NCBI GenBank assembly: GCA_007376195.1
Contig: VMFT01000003.1
Coordinates: 1-57,352, forward strand
Length of the DNA stretch: 57,352 nt
Source of the DNA: Parcubacteria group bacterium Gr01-1014_29
GTDB taxonomy: Bacteria > Patescibacteriota > Minisyncoccia > Ryanbacterales > 2-02-FULL-48-12
Reading direction: 5' to 3'
The position numbers and the translations under genes were made by a program. A model generated the notes under the pieces. That model searched no databases. It saw only the letters and a list, made by a program, of their open reading frames with translations, and had not been told where the DNA came from. Positions 17,584-26,695 of the stretch are shown piece after piece (position 1 is the stretch's first letter; the number at the start of each line of letters is the position of its first letter).

Positions 17584-18097
17584 AAAACATTTTGCGCTGG
17601 CGCTGTTGCTCCTTATTGCTCTATGTGCGTTTGGAACGGCGGATGCCGCGCGTTACAACCTTCTTGCGCCGCTGCCGGGAGGAGACGCGTCGGTTGATGC
17701 GACATCGGGAGGATTTCAAACCTACATGGCACAGCTTTTCTGGTTTATTTTGTGGGGAGCAATCATACTCGCGCTTGTTATGTTTGTCATCGGGGGGGTG
17801 GAATATGTGGGGTCGGCCGGAAACACGAGCCTGCTTCAAGACGCGAAAGGACGCATCACAAACGCGCTGTTAGGCCTGGTTCTCGCGCTTGCCGCTTGGC
17901 TTATCTTATACACCATAAATCCTGATTTGGTAATTTTTGAACTACCCATTGAGCCGATTACACTGCCAATCAGTGGCAATCAAAAGGCTACCACTGACGG
18001 AGAACCGCCTCCAATACCACCGCCGCTACCACCGCCACCTAATACAGGAGGCCCCCAGCCACCACCACCTCCGCCTCCACCACCATTAGGTAATTAA
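17573..18097 (+). CDS. VirB2/TrbC-like T4SS pilin with Pro-rich C-terminal tail
   Basis: Signal peptide ending TADA. Two hydrophobic helices (LFWFILWGAIILALVMFVIGGVEYV; ALLGLVLALAAWLILYTINP) match the CPR-type T4SS pilin layout as I recall it. The tail is PPPIPPPLPPPPNTGGPQPPPPPPPPP. Confidence 0.65.
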   Translation: MWNKKHFALALLLLIALCAFGTADAARYNLLAPLPGGDASVDATSGGFQTYMAQLFWFILWGAIILALVMFVIGGVEYVGSAGNTSLLQDAKGRITNALLGLVLALAAWLILYTINPDLVIFELPIEPITLPISGNQKATTDGEPPPIPPPLPPPPNTGGPQPPPPPPPPPLGN

Positions 18098-18126
18098 ACC
18101 CAATCAGTACATAACACAACCCATAT

Positions 18127-19323
18127 ATGACCATTCGAGGCAGAGAAATTAAACGTTCGCATATTCTCATCGGCAGCGCCGTTCTTGTTGGTATTGCCAT
18201 TATATTGTTCTTTTTATTACGCGGAGGAGATACAACAGGTGGGAGTGCCGGAGAAGATGATGGTTCGTTCTTTGGGTTTCTCTTCGGCGGCTCTTCTGTG
18301 TCACCAAAACCTCTCGATAATACTGCCACCGGAGACGACACCGAACAACCGGAGCAATACTTGTTTCGGATAACAAACGAACCTGTGGCAGGCGCTACCA
18401 TCTCGTCCGACGGCACATCGTTGCGATATTTCAAAAAAACAACCGGTCATTTGTTTGAAAACTCGTTCACCGGAGACAAGGAACAACGTATCTCCAATAT
18501 AACTACTTTAGCTATTCTTAACGCTCAGTGGACCCCCTCAAAAGAATACGCAATCATCAGTTATTACACGAATGGCGCCGTGCGCCGCTTTTACTCCCAC
18601 TACAGCGGAACGTCCACCATAACATCCGCAGTTCTCCCAAATGATATTATTGACATCACCACATCAAAAACAGATGAAAAAATAGCCTATCTCGTCTCTT
18701 CCGGCGCCGAGACTATGTTGCTTACCGCGAATCCTGATAATACCGGCATCAAGAATGTTTTTTCAACACCCTTTCCTGACTTTGAGCTTTCCTGGCCGGT
18801 GACAAACCGCATCGGCCTCAAAACACGAAGCTCCGCATACGCGCCGAGTGTTCTCTATACTCTCAACCCTTCCACCAAACAGCTCACGCGCGTACTCGAC
18901 GAAAAAGAAGGTCTTGATGTATTGTGGTCGCCCGATGGCACTGGTTTTCTCTCTATGAAAACAAGCCGCGAAGGCACGAATGTGGCGCTTCGTGTGGTAT
19001 CCTTACAAGACAACACGGCAGTAGATTTTCCTTTTGTAACGCTTCCGGAAAAATGTGTCTGGGCGCCATCAAAAGAGCGGGTGCTCTATTGCGCTATTCC
19101 CCAACAAATTCCAAGCGGCACACATGTACCCGATGAGTGGTGGCAGGGAAGCGTGTCATTTGATGACGCCCTCTGGCGCATATATGTTGACACGGGTATA
19201 CGCCAACAACTTCTGTCGGCTTACCAGCTTGACGCAATCAACCTTTTTACAGACAAAGAAGAATCGTTTCTTTTCTTCTCAAACAAAAAAGACGGGCTCT
19301 TGTGGAGCCTCCGCCTTCGTTAG
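18127..19323 (+). CDS. Membrane-anchored hypothetical protein, TolB/WD40-like beta-propeller
   Basis: N-terminal TM, then repeated beta-strand-rich segments including VLWSPDGTGFLS. It is the last gene of the co-directional locus. Confidence 0.5.
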   Translation: MTIRGREIKRSHILIGSAVLVGIAIILFFLLRGGDTTGGSAGEDDGSFFGFLFGGSSVSPKPLDNTATGDDTEQPEQYLFRITNEPVAGATISSDGTSLRYFKKTTGHLFENSFTGDKEQRISNITTLAILNAQWTPSKEYAIISYYTNGAVRRFYSHYSGTSTITSAVLPNDIIDITTSKTDEKIAYLVSSGAETMLLTANPDNTGIKNVFSTPFPDFELSWPVTNRIGLKTRSSAYAPSVLYTLNPSTKQLTRVLDEKEGLDVLWSPDGTGFLSMKTSREGTNVALRVVSLQDNTAVDFPFVTLPEKCVWAPSKERVLYCAIPQQIPSGTHVPDEWWQGSVSFDDALWRIYVDTGIRQQLLSAYQLDAINLFTDKEESFLFFSNKKDGLLWSLRLR

Positions 19324-19417
19324 GCATTAGGCGCTAGGCTGTAGGCACTAGGAGTTAGAATTTAGAGAAAGAAAATTTTTTCTAAAGCCTAATGCCTAGT
19401 TTTCCTAGAGCCTAAAC
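19321..19417. repeat. Heptad-periodic inverted array (TAGGCNN x7 / CCTANNN x4) between convergent genes
   Basis: TAGGCAT TAGGCGC TAGGCTG TAGGCAC TAGGAGT TAGAATT TAGAGAA ... CCTAATG CCTAGTT .. CCTAGAG CCTAAAC. The first TAG is the stop of 18127..19323, and a CTA in the last units is the stop of jag. Confidence 0.85.
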
Positions 19418-19885
19418 AACTGGTTTTATCACCACCCTGCGATTTTCGCCTTCGCCAATGCTTTCTGTTGCCACATCAGGGTCGCCTGTCAGTGTTATGT
19501 GAACAATACGCCGCTCATACCCGCTCATCGGCTGCATAACAACTTCTTTCTTGAAATACCGCACGCGCTGGGCGCTCATGCGCGCACGCTCGCGGAGGTC
19601 CTCAACACACTTGCGCTGGTAGTCATTTACATCAATAACAAATGGTGAAAAGCCGCTTGTGTTTTTTTTCTCTATAATGCGCTTCAAAATAGTTTGAAGC
19701 GCGTATAAATGTTTGCCATTCTCCCCAATAAGCAGGTTGCTATCAGGTGTTCGTATGTGAAGACACGGCGTCTCTAATATCTCCGTTTCCTCAATAGACG
19801 CCTCAATACACATGAGTTGGAGTATCTTTTTTAGGGTAGTACACGCATCATTGAATGGTGTTTGTTGTTGTATTGGTTGGTTCAT
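19412..19885 (-). CDS. jag: Jag-like KH/R3H RNA-binding protein
   Basis: LIGENGKHLYALQTIL (KH-like) and GYERRIVHITL (R3H). It sits downstream of yidC, as in the conserved rnpA-yidC-jag cluster. Confidence 0.8.
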   Translation of the reverse strand: MNQPIQQQTPFNDACTTLKKILQLMCIEASIEETEILETPCLHIRTPDSNLLIGENGKHLYALQTILKRIIEKKNTSGFSPFVIDVNDYQRKCVEDLRERARMSAQRVRYFKKEVVMQPMSGYERRIVHITLTGDPDVATESIGEGENRRVVIKPVV

Positions 19886-20624
19886 ATGCCAATCTGACGT
19901 TCTCCGCTTTTTTACGCACTATCATTTCGTGAATGATAGCAAACAAATTCATTGTTGTCCAATACAAAGAAACGGCAGCGGAGAACTGAAGTCCGATGAA
20001 AAATATCAGTACCGGCATAACATAAACCATTTGCGTTGTCATTATGCGCGAAATATCCTGCGTTCCACCACTTTTTTCTGTGTTTTTCAAGGACGGAAGA
20101 GAAATTGGTACCGCGAGTTTCATTTGTAAAAACTGCGTAAGGGCGGCGGCAACCGCAAGCACAATACTTACTTCCATAAGATTTATAACACCAAGAAAAG
20201 TGGTGTGAAGGGAATCCGGCATGTGGATAAACGAGTACAGTTGCGCGCCGATATCAGCTGGCCCCACAAGAAACACCCGATAGAGAGCAATAAGAATAGG
20301 AAGCTGTACCAGAAGCATAAGACAGCCAGAAAGCGGATTTACACCGTGTTCTTTGTAAAGCATCATTATGCGGCGCGCCTGCTCTTCTTTGTTGTCTTTG
20401 TGATCATCCCGAATTTTCGCGATATGAGGCTCAAGAACGCGCATTTTTATCTGCGCTTTTATGGAATGATGCGTAAAAGGAAACAGCACGAGACGCACCA
20501 GTATTGTCAGAATAATGACCGCAAATCCGAGATCATGAAAGGGAAGAATGTTTGTAAGAAAAACAAGAGCGTTCAGGAGAGGACGAAAAAATATTTCATC
20601 GAAAATTGTTATAAAGAATGTCAT
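19848..20624 (-). CDS. yidC: Membrane protein insertase YidC (short form)
   Basis: Five-TM YidC/Oxa1 layout, position between yidD/rnpA and jag, and basic C-terminal tail. Confidence 0.88.
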   Translation of the reverse strand: MTFFITIFDEIFFRPLLNALVFLTNILPFHDLGFAVIILTILVRLVLFPFTHHSIKAQIKMRVLEPHIAKIRDDHKDNKEEQARRIMMLYKEHGVNPLSGCLMLLVQLPILIALYRVFLVGPADIGAQLYSFIHMPDSLHTTFLGVINLMEVSIVLAVAAALTQFLQMKLAVPISLPSLKNTEKSGGTQDISRIMTTQMVYVMPVLIFFIGLQFSAAVSLYWTTMNLFAIIHEMIVRKKAENVRLAYEPTNTTTNTIQ

Positions 20625-20848
20625 AGGGGGTCATATCCTCCCTCATGCCACGGATGGCACCGTCCGACACGTTTTATACCACAGCTCAAACCTTTGAAAA
20701 ACCCCCGCATCCGTAGAGCGTCTATTGTATATTCCGAACAAGATGGAAAAAACCGGCACGTACGCGCGCAGTTGGGAAAAAGAAAACCATGGTCAGGGGA
20801 TAAAAAAAATTGGTATGTACGAATGAGAAAAATACTTATTGGCACCAT
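20621..20848 (-). CDS. yidD: Membrane protein insertion efficiency factor YidD
   Basis: YQFFLSP....CRFFPSCSEYTIDAL...G..KG.....R..RCHPWHEGGYDP is the YidD signature. Confidence 0.9.
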   Translation of the reverse strand: MVPISIFLIRTYQFFLSPDHGFLFPNCARTCRFFPSCSEYTIDALRMRGFFKGLSCGIKRVGRCHPWHEGGYDPL

Positions 20849-20854
20849 ACAGAT

Positions 20855-21199
20855 TTATAATTTCAACATTCTTATTCTTTCAAACATCTGCCGCATATGC
20901 CCCTCAATCTCCTGATACCCCAGCTCTGTTGCCTCTGGATATGCCCATACCACACAATCATATCCTGAAAGAAGGGTAGGGAATATATGTTGTACAATAG
21001 CATATAATCGCCGCCGGATCTTGTTGCGAATCACCGCCTTTTTAGAAACCACTAACGATACCACAAACCCAAACCTATTATATGTCAAGTTATTTTCATT
21101 GCACATGATACGAAACGGGCCCGATCGGGCTTTTATACGCCCTTGAAATACAGCGTGGAAATCCCCTCGCAGAGAAAGACGATGTTTTTTTGGTAACAA
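20855..21199 (-). CDS. rnpA: Ribonuclease P protein component
   Basis: LPKKHRLSLRGDFHAVF N-terminus, basic composition, and position downstream of rpmH. Confidence 0.88.
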   Translation of the reverse strand: MLPKKHRLSLRGDFHAVFQGRIKARSGPFRIMCNENNLTYNRFGFVVSLVVSKKAVIRNKIRRRLYAIVQHIFPTLLSGYDCVVWAYPEATELGYQEIEGHMRQMFERIRMLKL

Positions 21200-21209
21200 G
21201 CGTTGTTAT

Positions 21210-21344
21210 TTACACTGTTAAGCGTTTCCTGCCTTTCTGGCGCCGGCGCAGAAGCACCGCGCGTCCGGCAGGGGTGCGCGAACGCACCAAAAACCCGTGT
21301 GTTCTCTTCCGTTTGCGTTTTTTCGGCTGATAGGTAACTGACAT
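21210..21344 (-). CDS. rpmH: 50S ribosomal protein L34
   Basis: [44 protein letters not shown]. The start is set to the internal ATG (44 aa). Confidence 0.92.
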   Translation of the reverse strand: MSVTYQPKKRKRKRTHGFLVRSRTPAGRAVLLRRRQKGRKRLTV

Positions 21345-21390
21345 ATACTTATAAATATCACAATACATACAACTATTCAATATACACACT

Positions 21391-21432
21391 TTATTCACAT
21401 AGTGTGCACAATGTGTGGTATTGTGTGGATAA
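21391..21432. promoter_or_regulatory. DnaA-box cluster in the rpmH-dnaA divergent intergenic region
   Basis: TGTGGATAA at about 21424-21432 is a perfect complement of TTATCCACA. TTATTCACA at 21391-21399 has one mismatch. Confidence 0.65.
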
Positions 21433-21467
21433 TTTTGTTCCTTGTGTAAATCTGATACAATAATTTC

Positions 21468-22826
21468 ATGACAAACGAAGAATTGTGGCAGATAGTGCTT
21501 AATGAGGTTGAACTTGCCGTATCACGGGCAAACTTCATTACGTGGTTTAAAAACACGTCAATAAATCGTACTGCCCCAGGAGTCGCGACAATCTGTGTTC
21601 CCAATGGGTTTACAAAAGAATGGCTGGAAAACAAGTATCACAAGCTGATAATGCGCGCCATTCGAACCAATTGCCCGGAAATCCGCAGTGTAGATTATGT
21701 CATATCCACATTACCGCAACCGTTTATCGTTGAAAAACAAAAAGAGCCGGAGTCGGTATTTCCTGAAGAACAACTGGAATTCCAAGAGTTTAGTATTGAT
21801 ACAGAAACAAACCTAAATCCACGATATGTATTTGATACATTTATTGTAGGGTCTTTTAACGAGCTGGCGTATGCCGCGGCACAATCAGTAGTTAAAAACA
21901 TAGCATCATTATATAACCCTCTCTTTATTTATGGCGGCGTTGGGCTTGGAAAAACACACCTTCTGCAGGCTATTGGCAACGCCATAAAACAATCCAACAC
22001 GAACCTACAGGTTCACTATGCCACATCCGAGCGTTTTACCAATGATCTCATAGCGGCGATCCAAAGCCATGAACCACAACGATTTAAAGACCGTTATCGT
22101 AGATTTGATGTCCTTATTATTGATGACATACAGTTTATAGCTGGAAAAACCCGCACACAGGAGGAATTTTTCCACACATTCAACACATTATACGAAAATA
22201 ACAAACAGGTTATCTTTTCTTCCGATCGTCCGCCAAAATCAATACCAGACTTAGAAGAACGTCTTCGTTCACGTTTTGAAGCAGGTCTTATAGCGGATAT
22301 CTCTCAACCGGATTACGAGACACGTTTGGCAATTTTACAGACTAAACTAGCCAGCAAAAAACATGAATTTCCTGTTGAAATATTGGAATATATCGCATCT
22401 GTTGTAGAAAAAAACATCCGGGAACTTGAAGGCGCGCTTAATATAGTATCGGCCCGCGCGCATATCCTGCATAAAATGCCTGATATGGAAGAAGTAAAAA
22501 CACTGATCGCACAAATAATATCAAAACCAAAATGGATTATCACCGCTTCAAAAATTATAAAGGAAGTTTGTTTGTTTTATGATATAAACGAGCGGCATCT
22601 TTTTGAGCGCAGTAGACGCCGTGAAATAGTAAAACCGCGCCAAATCGCAATGTACCTTCTCCGTGAAGATTTCCGCGGATCATTTCCTTATATTGGGCAA
22701 AAATTCGGGGGGCGCGACCATACAACCGCAATCCATGCATATGAAAAAATTGCAAAGAATATAAAGGTTGATAAAAAACTCATGGACGAAATACTTCTTC
22801 TACGCGACCGTATTTATGAGAATTAA
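21468..22826 (+). CDS. dnaA: Chromosomal replication initiator protein DnaA
   Basis: AAA+ Walker [17 protein letters not shown], box VII/sensor regions, and C-terminal DNA-binding HTH ([13 protein letters not shown]). Confidence 0.95.
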   Translation: MTNEELWQIVLNEVELAVSRANFITWFKNTSINRTAPGVATICVPNGFTKEWLENKYHKLIMRAIRTNCPEIRSVDYVISTLPQPFIVEKQKEPESVFPEEQLEFQEFSIDTETNLNPRYVFDTFIVGSFNELAYAAAQSVVKNIASLYNPLFIYGGVGLGKTHLLQAIGNAIKQSNTNLQVHYATSERFTNDLIAAIQSHEPQRFKDRYRRFDVLIIDDIQFIAGKTRTQEEFFHTFNTLYENNKQVIFSSDRPPKSIPDLEERLRSRFEAGLIADISQPDYETRLAILQTKLASKKHEFPVEILEYIASVVEKNIRELEGALNIVSARAHILHKMPDMEEVKTLIAQIISKPKWIITASKIIKEVCLFYDINERHLFERSRRREIVKPRQIAMYLLREDFRGSFPYIGQKFGGRDHTTAIHAYEKIAKNIKVDKKLMDEILLLRDRIYEN

Positions 22827-23068
22827 AAATAATCGGTGTATATCGTAGGTATAAGGATGGAATAACATGGTACTAAAAGGGGATATGACGCCGACTTACA
22901 AAAACAAGTACATCAATCCACACATATTCACCACTATTTTTCCAATATATATCAACAATAAGAGTGTCAAAAAACGATTAGCTGACAATAAAAACAACCG
23001 TTTATCCACATATCCACACATATTACTACTACTATAAATGTATTGTATATAAAATAATTATTGTAATA
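22827..23068. other. Probable oriC (dnaA-dnaN intergenic, AT-rich, DnaA boxes)
   Basis: TTATCCACA (23002-23010) is followed immediately by TATCCACAC. CAATCCACA lies at about 22914. AT-rich tracts lie nearby. Confidence 0.6.
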
Positions 23069-24169
23069 ATGAAATTTATCGTACTAAAAGAAAATTTATG
23101 TGAGGGAGTTCTGCTTGCGGAAAAAAGTACCGGAAAAAAAACCACACTTCCCATATTATCATCCATTCTGTGCTCCGCCCAGAATGGTAAAATACTACTT
23201 GTGGGCACTAATTTAGAAACAGCGGTTGAGGTGTGGGTGGGTGGCAAAATCGAACGCGAAGGTAGCATTGCGATTCCAGCGCGTGTGTTGAGTTCTTATA
23301 TATCTCTGGTGGGCGGTGATCAGATTACTCTCTCAAGCCGGGGAGAAAACCTTGAGGTATCTTCTGATAAAGGAAAAACTATCATTCGAGGCTGTTCCAC
23401 GAATGATTTTCCACTTGTTCCGCGTCAGGAAGAAATCAGTAGATTTACACTGCCTGCCGGATCTCTGCGTGACGCACTGCGTCGTGTGGTATTTGCGGTG
23501 TCGGTGTCGGATATACGACCCGAACTTGCCAGTATTTTCTTTTCCATTACACCAACAACCACCATCATAGCCGCTACTGATAGTTTTCGTCTTGCCGAGC
23601 AAAAAATACAAGGAACTTTTGGTGAAAAAGGATGGTCGCAAGTATTTTTGCTCCCCGCAAAAAGCGCTAACGATCTCGCGCGTCTCCTTGAGCGGGAAGA
23701 GGAGAACGTGCTCGTGTCTCTCGGTAAGGGGCAGATTGTGTTTTCCACAAAACGGTTTCGTCTCACATCACGTCTTACGGAAGGTTCTTTTCCAGATTAT
23801 AAACAGATTGTTCCGGCTGTATTTTGCACAGAGTTTAATTTGCCAAAAGATGTAATTATGGACACATTGCGTGTTACGGGATTGTTTGTAAGCAAGCTGC
23901 ATGATGTGATATTTCATGTGCAACCATCACAAAAGCGCGTTGAAGTTCGCTCAGCAAACGCTGATGTTGGGGAGAATATAGCCTCTCTGCCGGCGACAAT
24001 ACAAGGATCAGAATTACAAATTAGTTTTAATTACCGCTATATTATGGATGGACTTGGGCAGGTTGAGGGTGATGTTGTTTTTGGTTTTACTTCCGCCTCT
24101 GGTCCATTGATGATACGCACAAGGGATGATACTTCTTATTTCTATGTTGTTATGCCGATGAAAGTATGA
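23069..24169 (+). CDS. dnaN: DNA polymerase III beta sliding clamp
   Basis: 366 aa, three-domain clamp length, MKFIVLKENL start, immediately downstream of dnaA. Confidence 0.9.
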   Translation: MKFIVLKENLCEGVLLAEKSTGKKTTLPILSSILCSAQNGKILLVGTNLETAVEVWVGGKIEREGSIAIPARVLSSYISLVGGDQITLSSRGENLEVSSDKGKTIIRGCSTNDFPLVPRQEEISRFTLPAGSLRDALRRVVFAVSVSDIRPELASIFFSITPTTTIIAATDSFRLAEQKIQGTFGEKGWSQVFLLPAKSANDLARLLEREEENVLVSLGKGQIVFSTKRFRLTSRLTEGSFPDYKQIVPAVFCTEFNLPKDVIMDTLRVTGLFVSKLHDVIFHVQPSQKRVEVRSANADVGENIASLPATIQGSELQISFNYRYIMDGLGQVEGDVVFGFTSASGPLMIRTRDDTSYFYVVMPMKV

Positions 24170-26636
24170 TAGATACCTGCGCTTCTCCTACATTTTTCAC
24201 TTCATCATACACACGTACGGTTATATCTGCGGTTTTGGTTGCCGGTGCGAGTGAGTTGAGGTTTATTACAAACGATCTGTTTGATCCGGTGTTTGATCCC
24301 ACATACTCATCATTTAAAAAATAATCAATCTGTGATATTTGATAGGTGTTTTGGATAGAAAGAGTAACCGATACCAAGTTGTCTCTTCCAAACAACTCAT
24401 CGGGCTGGGGTTTTTGAATTGAAACACGCGGCTTGTTTTTTTCCGTGTGGACATCATCGTACTCTGTTGGAATTACAATATTTTCTTTGGAGAGTACTCC
24501 TTTTTCTTCTGCCCATGCGCGAACTCCAGTCTCCCAGTTTATAAATTGCGAATCATGCTCTGGATGTTCGGGAATGGGACCACGCGGATCGGTTTTGTCT
24601 ACCCAATATAAAATTGAGTGAATTTCAGGAATAATTTGGTTTTTTACCAGTTCCGGCGGTGTAAGGTCTGATGCGAGTTTTTTTGAAACAGAATCAATTG
24701 CGTATGTTCTACCCCCGCGCCATTCGCCGGTAAGAACTGGTTTTTTTGTGTCTGATGGTGTAGGCGGAGTAAATTGTTCTTGTGGAATATTTTGCAATAT
24801 CTGTTCCATAAAATCATGCCAAATAGGAGCAACAATAAAGCCGGCAACACGTTTTTCCATTGGTGTATTGTCGTTGTTTCCGGCCCAGACGCCAGCTGCC
24901 AAAGATGGTGTGTATCCAATGATCCACGCATCGCGATAGTTGTTCGTAGTACCGGTTTTGGCGGCTACTTCGCGTCCGGTTATGTTAAGGGCGGATTCAG
25001 ATCCAAACGCGGGCGCGCGCGCTGTGTTGTCAGAAAGTATATGAGAAATCATGCGCGCTATATTTTGATCAAGCGCCTGCTGTGGGCGAGGTGAGTGTTC
25101 CCACAACACATCGCCGTTATTTTTTTCAATGCGGAGAATCGCAATCGGTTCATTTCGCACACCGTCGTTCGCGAATACACCATATGCCGAAACCAGCTCC
25201 AATAACTGTACTTCACCACCTCCCAAGACAAGAGTAAGACCGTATTGGTTAGGGCCGGCAAGGGTGGTTATACCGAGGCGGCGCGCCATGTCGAGCGCTT
25301 CTCGTAAGCCAGTAAGATAGAGTACCTTTACGGCAGCTATATTTACTGATTGCGCAAGCGCCTCGCGAAACGTTATGGGGCCTCGAAATATATTGTCGTA
25401 GTTTTGTGGGCGATAACTATCCGCGCCGGCAGCCGCAAATTCTGTCTTAACGTCAAACACAATTGTCTCTGGTGTATATCCTTTTTCAAACGCGGCGGCA
25501 TATACCAACGGTTTGAAAGCAGAACCTGGTTGGCGGCGCGCGATGGCGACATTAAAATTACCTTCCCGGTCGCGGTCAAAATAATTGCGCGAACCGACCA
25601 TGGCGAGGATTTCTCCCGTCCGTGGATTTATTGCCACAAGCCCTGTGTTGCCGGCGTTGTAGTTTTTTTCTATGGTATCCGCGTATTTCGTAACTACTTC
25701 TTGGGCGCGCTGTTGGATAGACACATCAAGTGTTGTTTGTATGATGAGTCCTTGTTTTTGAATGAATTCCTCTCCGAACTGTTCGCGCAGTGTATCCATA
25801 ACATACATCACAAAGTGTGGCGCACGGATTCCTTGAGTGGCGGCCTGTAGGAACGCGACAGATTCTTCGCGCGCTGATGCAGCTTCCTCCGATGAAATAA
25901 ACTGTAATTCTTCCATACGTTTGAGTACTATGTTTTTGCGCAGTTCTAACTCGTCTACTTGTGTGCCGTAAGGAGAAAAATAAGATGGCGCTTTTGGGAG
26001 AGCGGCAAGATAGGCTGCCTCGGTGTGCGTTAGATCGCGCGCGCTTTTGCCAAAGAATGTTTGCGCGGCCGCTTCAATCCCATACGCGTTTGACCCATAG
26101 GGAATTTCATTAAGATACATGTTTAAAATCTCGTCTTTTGTGTACATACGCTCGATTTTTAAAGCAAGAATAGCCTCCTTGAGTTTGCGTGTTATAGTTT
26201 TTTCTCTGGTAAGGAGCGTGTTTTTTACCAGCTGCTGCGTAATGGTCGACCCTCCCTGCACTAAGAGGTGTCCCCGCATAAGGTCGTTTATAAAGGCGCG
26301 GATTATGGAAAAAACAGATATGCCAGGATGATTGTAGAAGTTACTATCTTCAATGGCGACGGTGGCGTTTTTTACGCTCCGTGGTATTTCTTCAAACGGG
26401 ATTACGGTGCGTTTTTCTTCGTTGTAAATTTCAAAAAGAAGTGTCTTGCCGGTGCGATCAAAGATTTTAGTGGACTCTACGACTTCCCGTTCTCGCAGTG
26501 TGTTTGGGTCTGGAATGGGGGTGATGAGCAAAAAAATACTAACCAGTGCCGTTACCGCAAGGGCGCCGAAAAACCCAAGTATAATCATCCACCAAATCAT
26601 ACGCCGCAGGAACGACGGTTTTTTCTTGACAATCAT
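24150..26636 (-). CDS. Class A penicillin-binding protein (PBP1A: glycosyltransferase + transpeptidase)
   Basis: GT51 motifs EDSNFYNHPG and GGSTITQQLVKN. Transpeptidase motifs SAFKP (SxxK), SVN and KTGTT. The start is given at the ATG (MIVKKK); the ORF extends to a GTG at 26651. Confidence 0.9.
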   Translation of the reverse strand: MIVKKKPSFLRRMIWWMIILGFFGALAVTALVSIFLLITPIPDPNTLREREVVESTKIFDRTGKTLLFEIYNEEKRTVIPFEEIPRSVKNATVAIEDSNFYNHPGISVFSIIRAFINDLMRGHLLVQGGSTITQQLVKNTLLTREKTITRKLKEAILALKIERMYTKDEILNMYLNEIPYGSNAYGIEAAAQTFFGKSARDLTHTEAAYLAALPKAPSYFSPYGTQVDELELRKNIVLKRMEELQFISSEEAASAREESVAFLQAATQGIRAPHFVMYVMDTLREQFGEEFIQKQGLIIQTTLDVSIQQRAQEVVTKYADTIEKNYNAGNTGLVAINPRTGEILAMVGSRNYFDRDREGNFNVAIARRQPGSAFKPLVYAAAFEKGYTPETIVFDVKTEFAAAGADSYRPQNYDNIFRGPITFREALAQSVNIAAVKVLYLTGLREALDMARRLGITTLAGPNQYGLTLVLGGGEVQLLELVSAYGVFANDGVRNEPIAILRIEKNNGDVLWEHSPRPQQALDQNIARMISHILSDNTARAPAFGSESALNITGREVAAKTGTTNNYRDAWIIGYTPSLAAGVWAGNNDNTPMEKRVAGFIVAPIWHDFMEQILQNIPQEQFTPPTPSDTKKPVLTGEWRGGRTYAIDSVSKKLASDLTPPELVKNQIIPEIHSILYWVDKTDPRGPIPEHPEHDSQFINWETGVRAWAEEKGVLSKENIVIPTEYDDVHTEKNKPRVSIQKPQPDELFGRDNLVSVTLSIQNTYQISQIDYFLNDEYVGSNTGSNRSFVINLNSLAPATKTADITVRVYDEVKNVGEAQVSIILSSA

Positions 26637-26695
26637 AGTAAGAATATACACTATATGTGTTTTCTAATCAACGGCATGCTATACTATGTAATGCT

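Noticed and set aside
14017-19417. The heptad arrays as CRISPR-like or other spacer-repeat arrays.
   Set aside because: The units are 7 nt with no unique spacers, the arrays are under 100 nt, and no cas genes are present. The periodicity and inverted organisation are unlike CRISPR.
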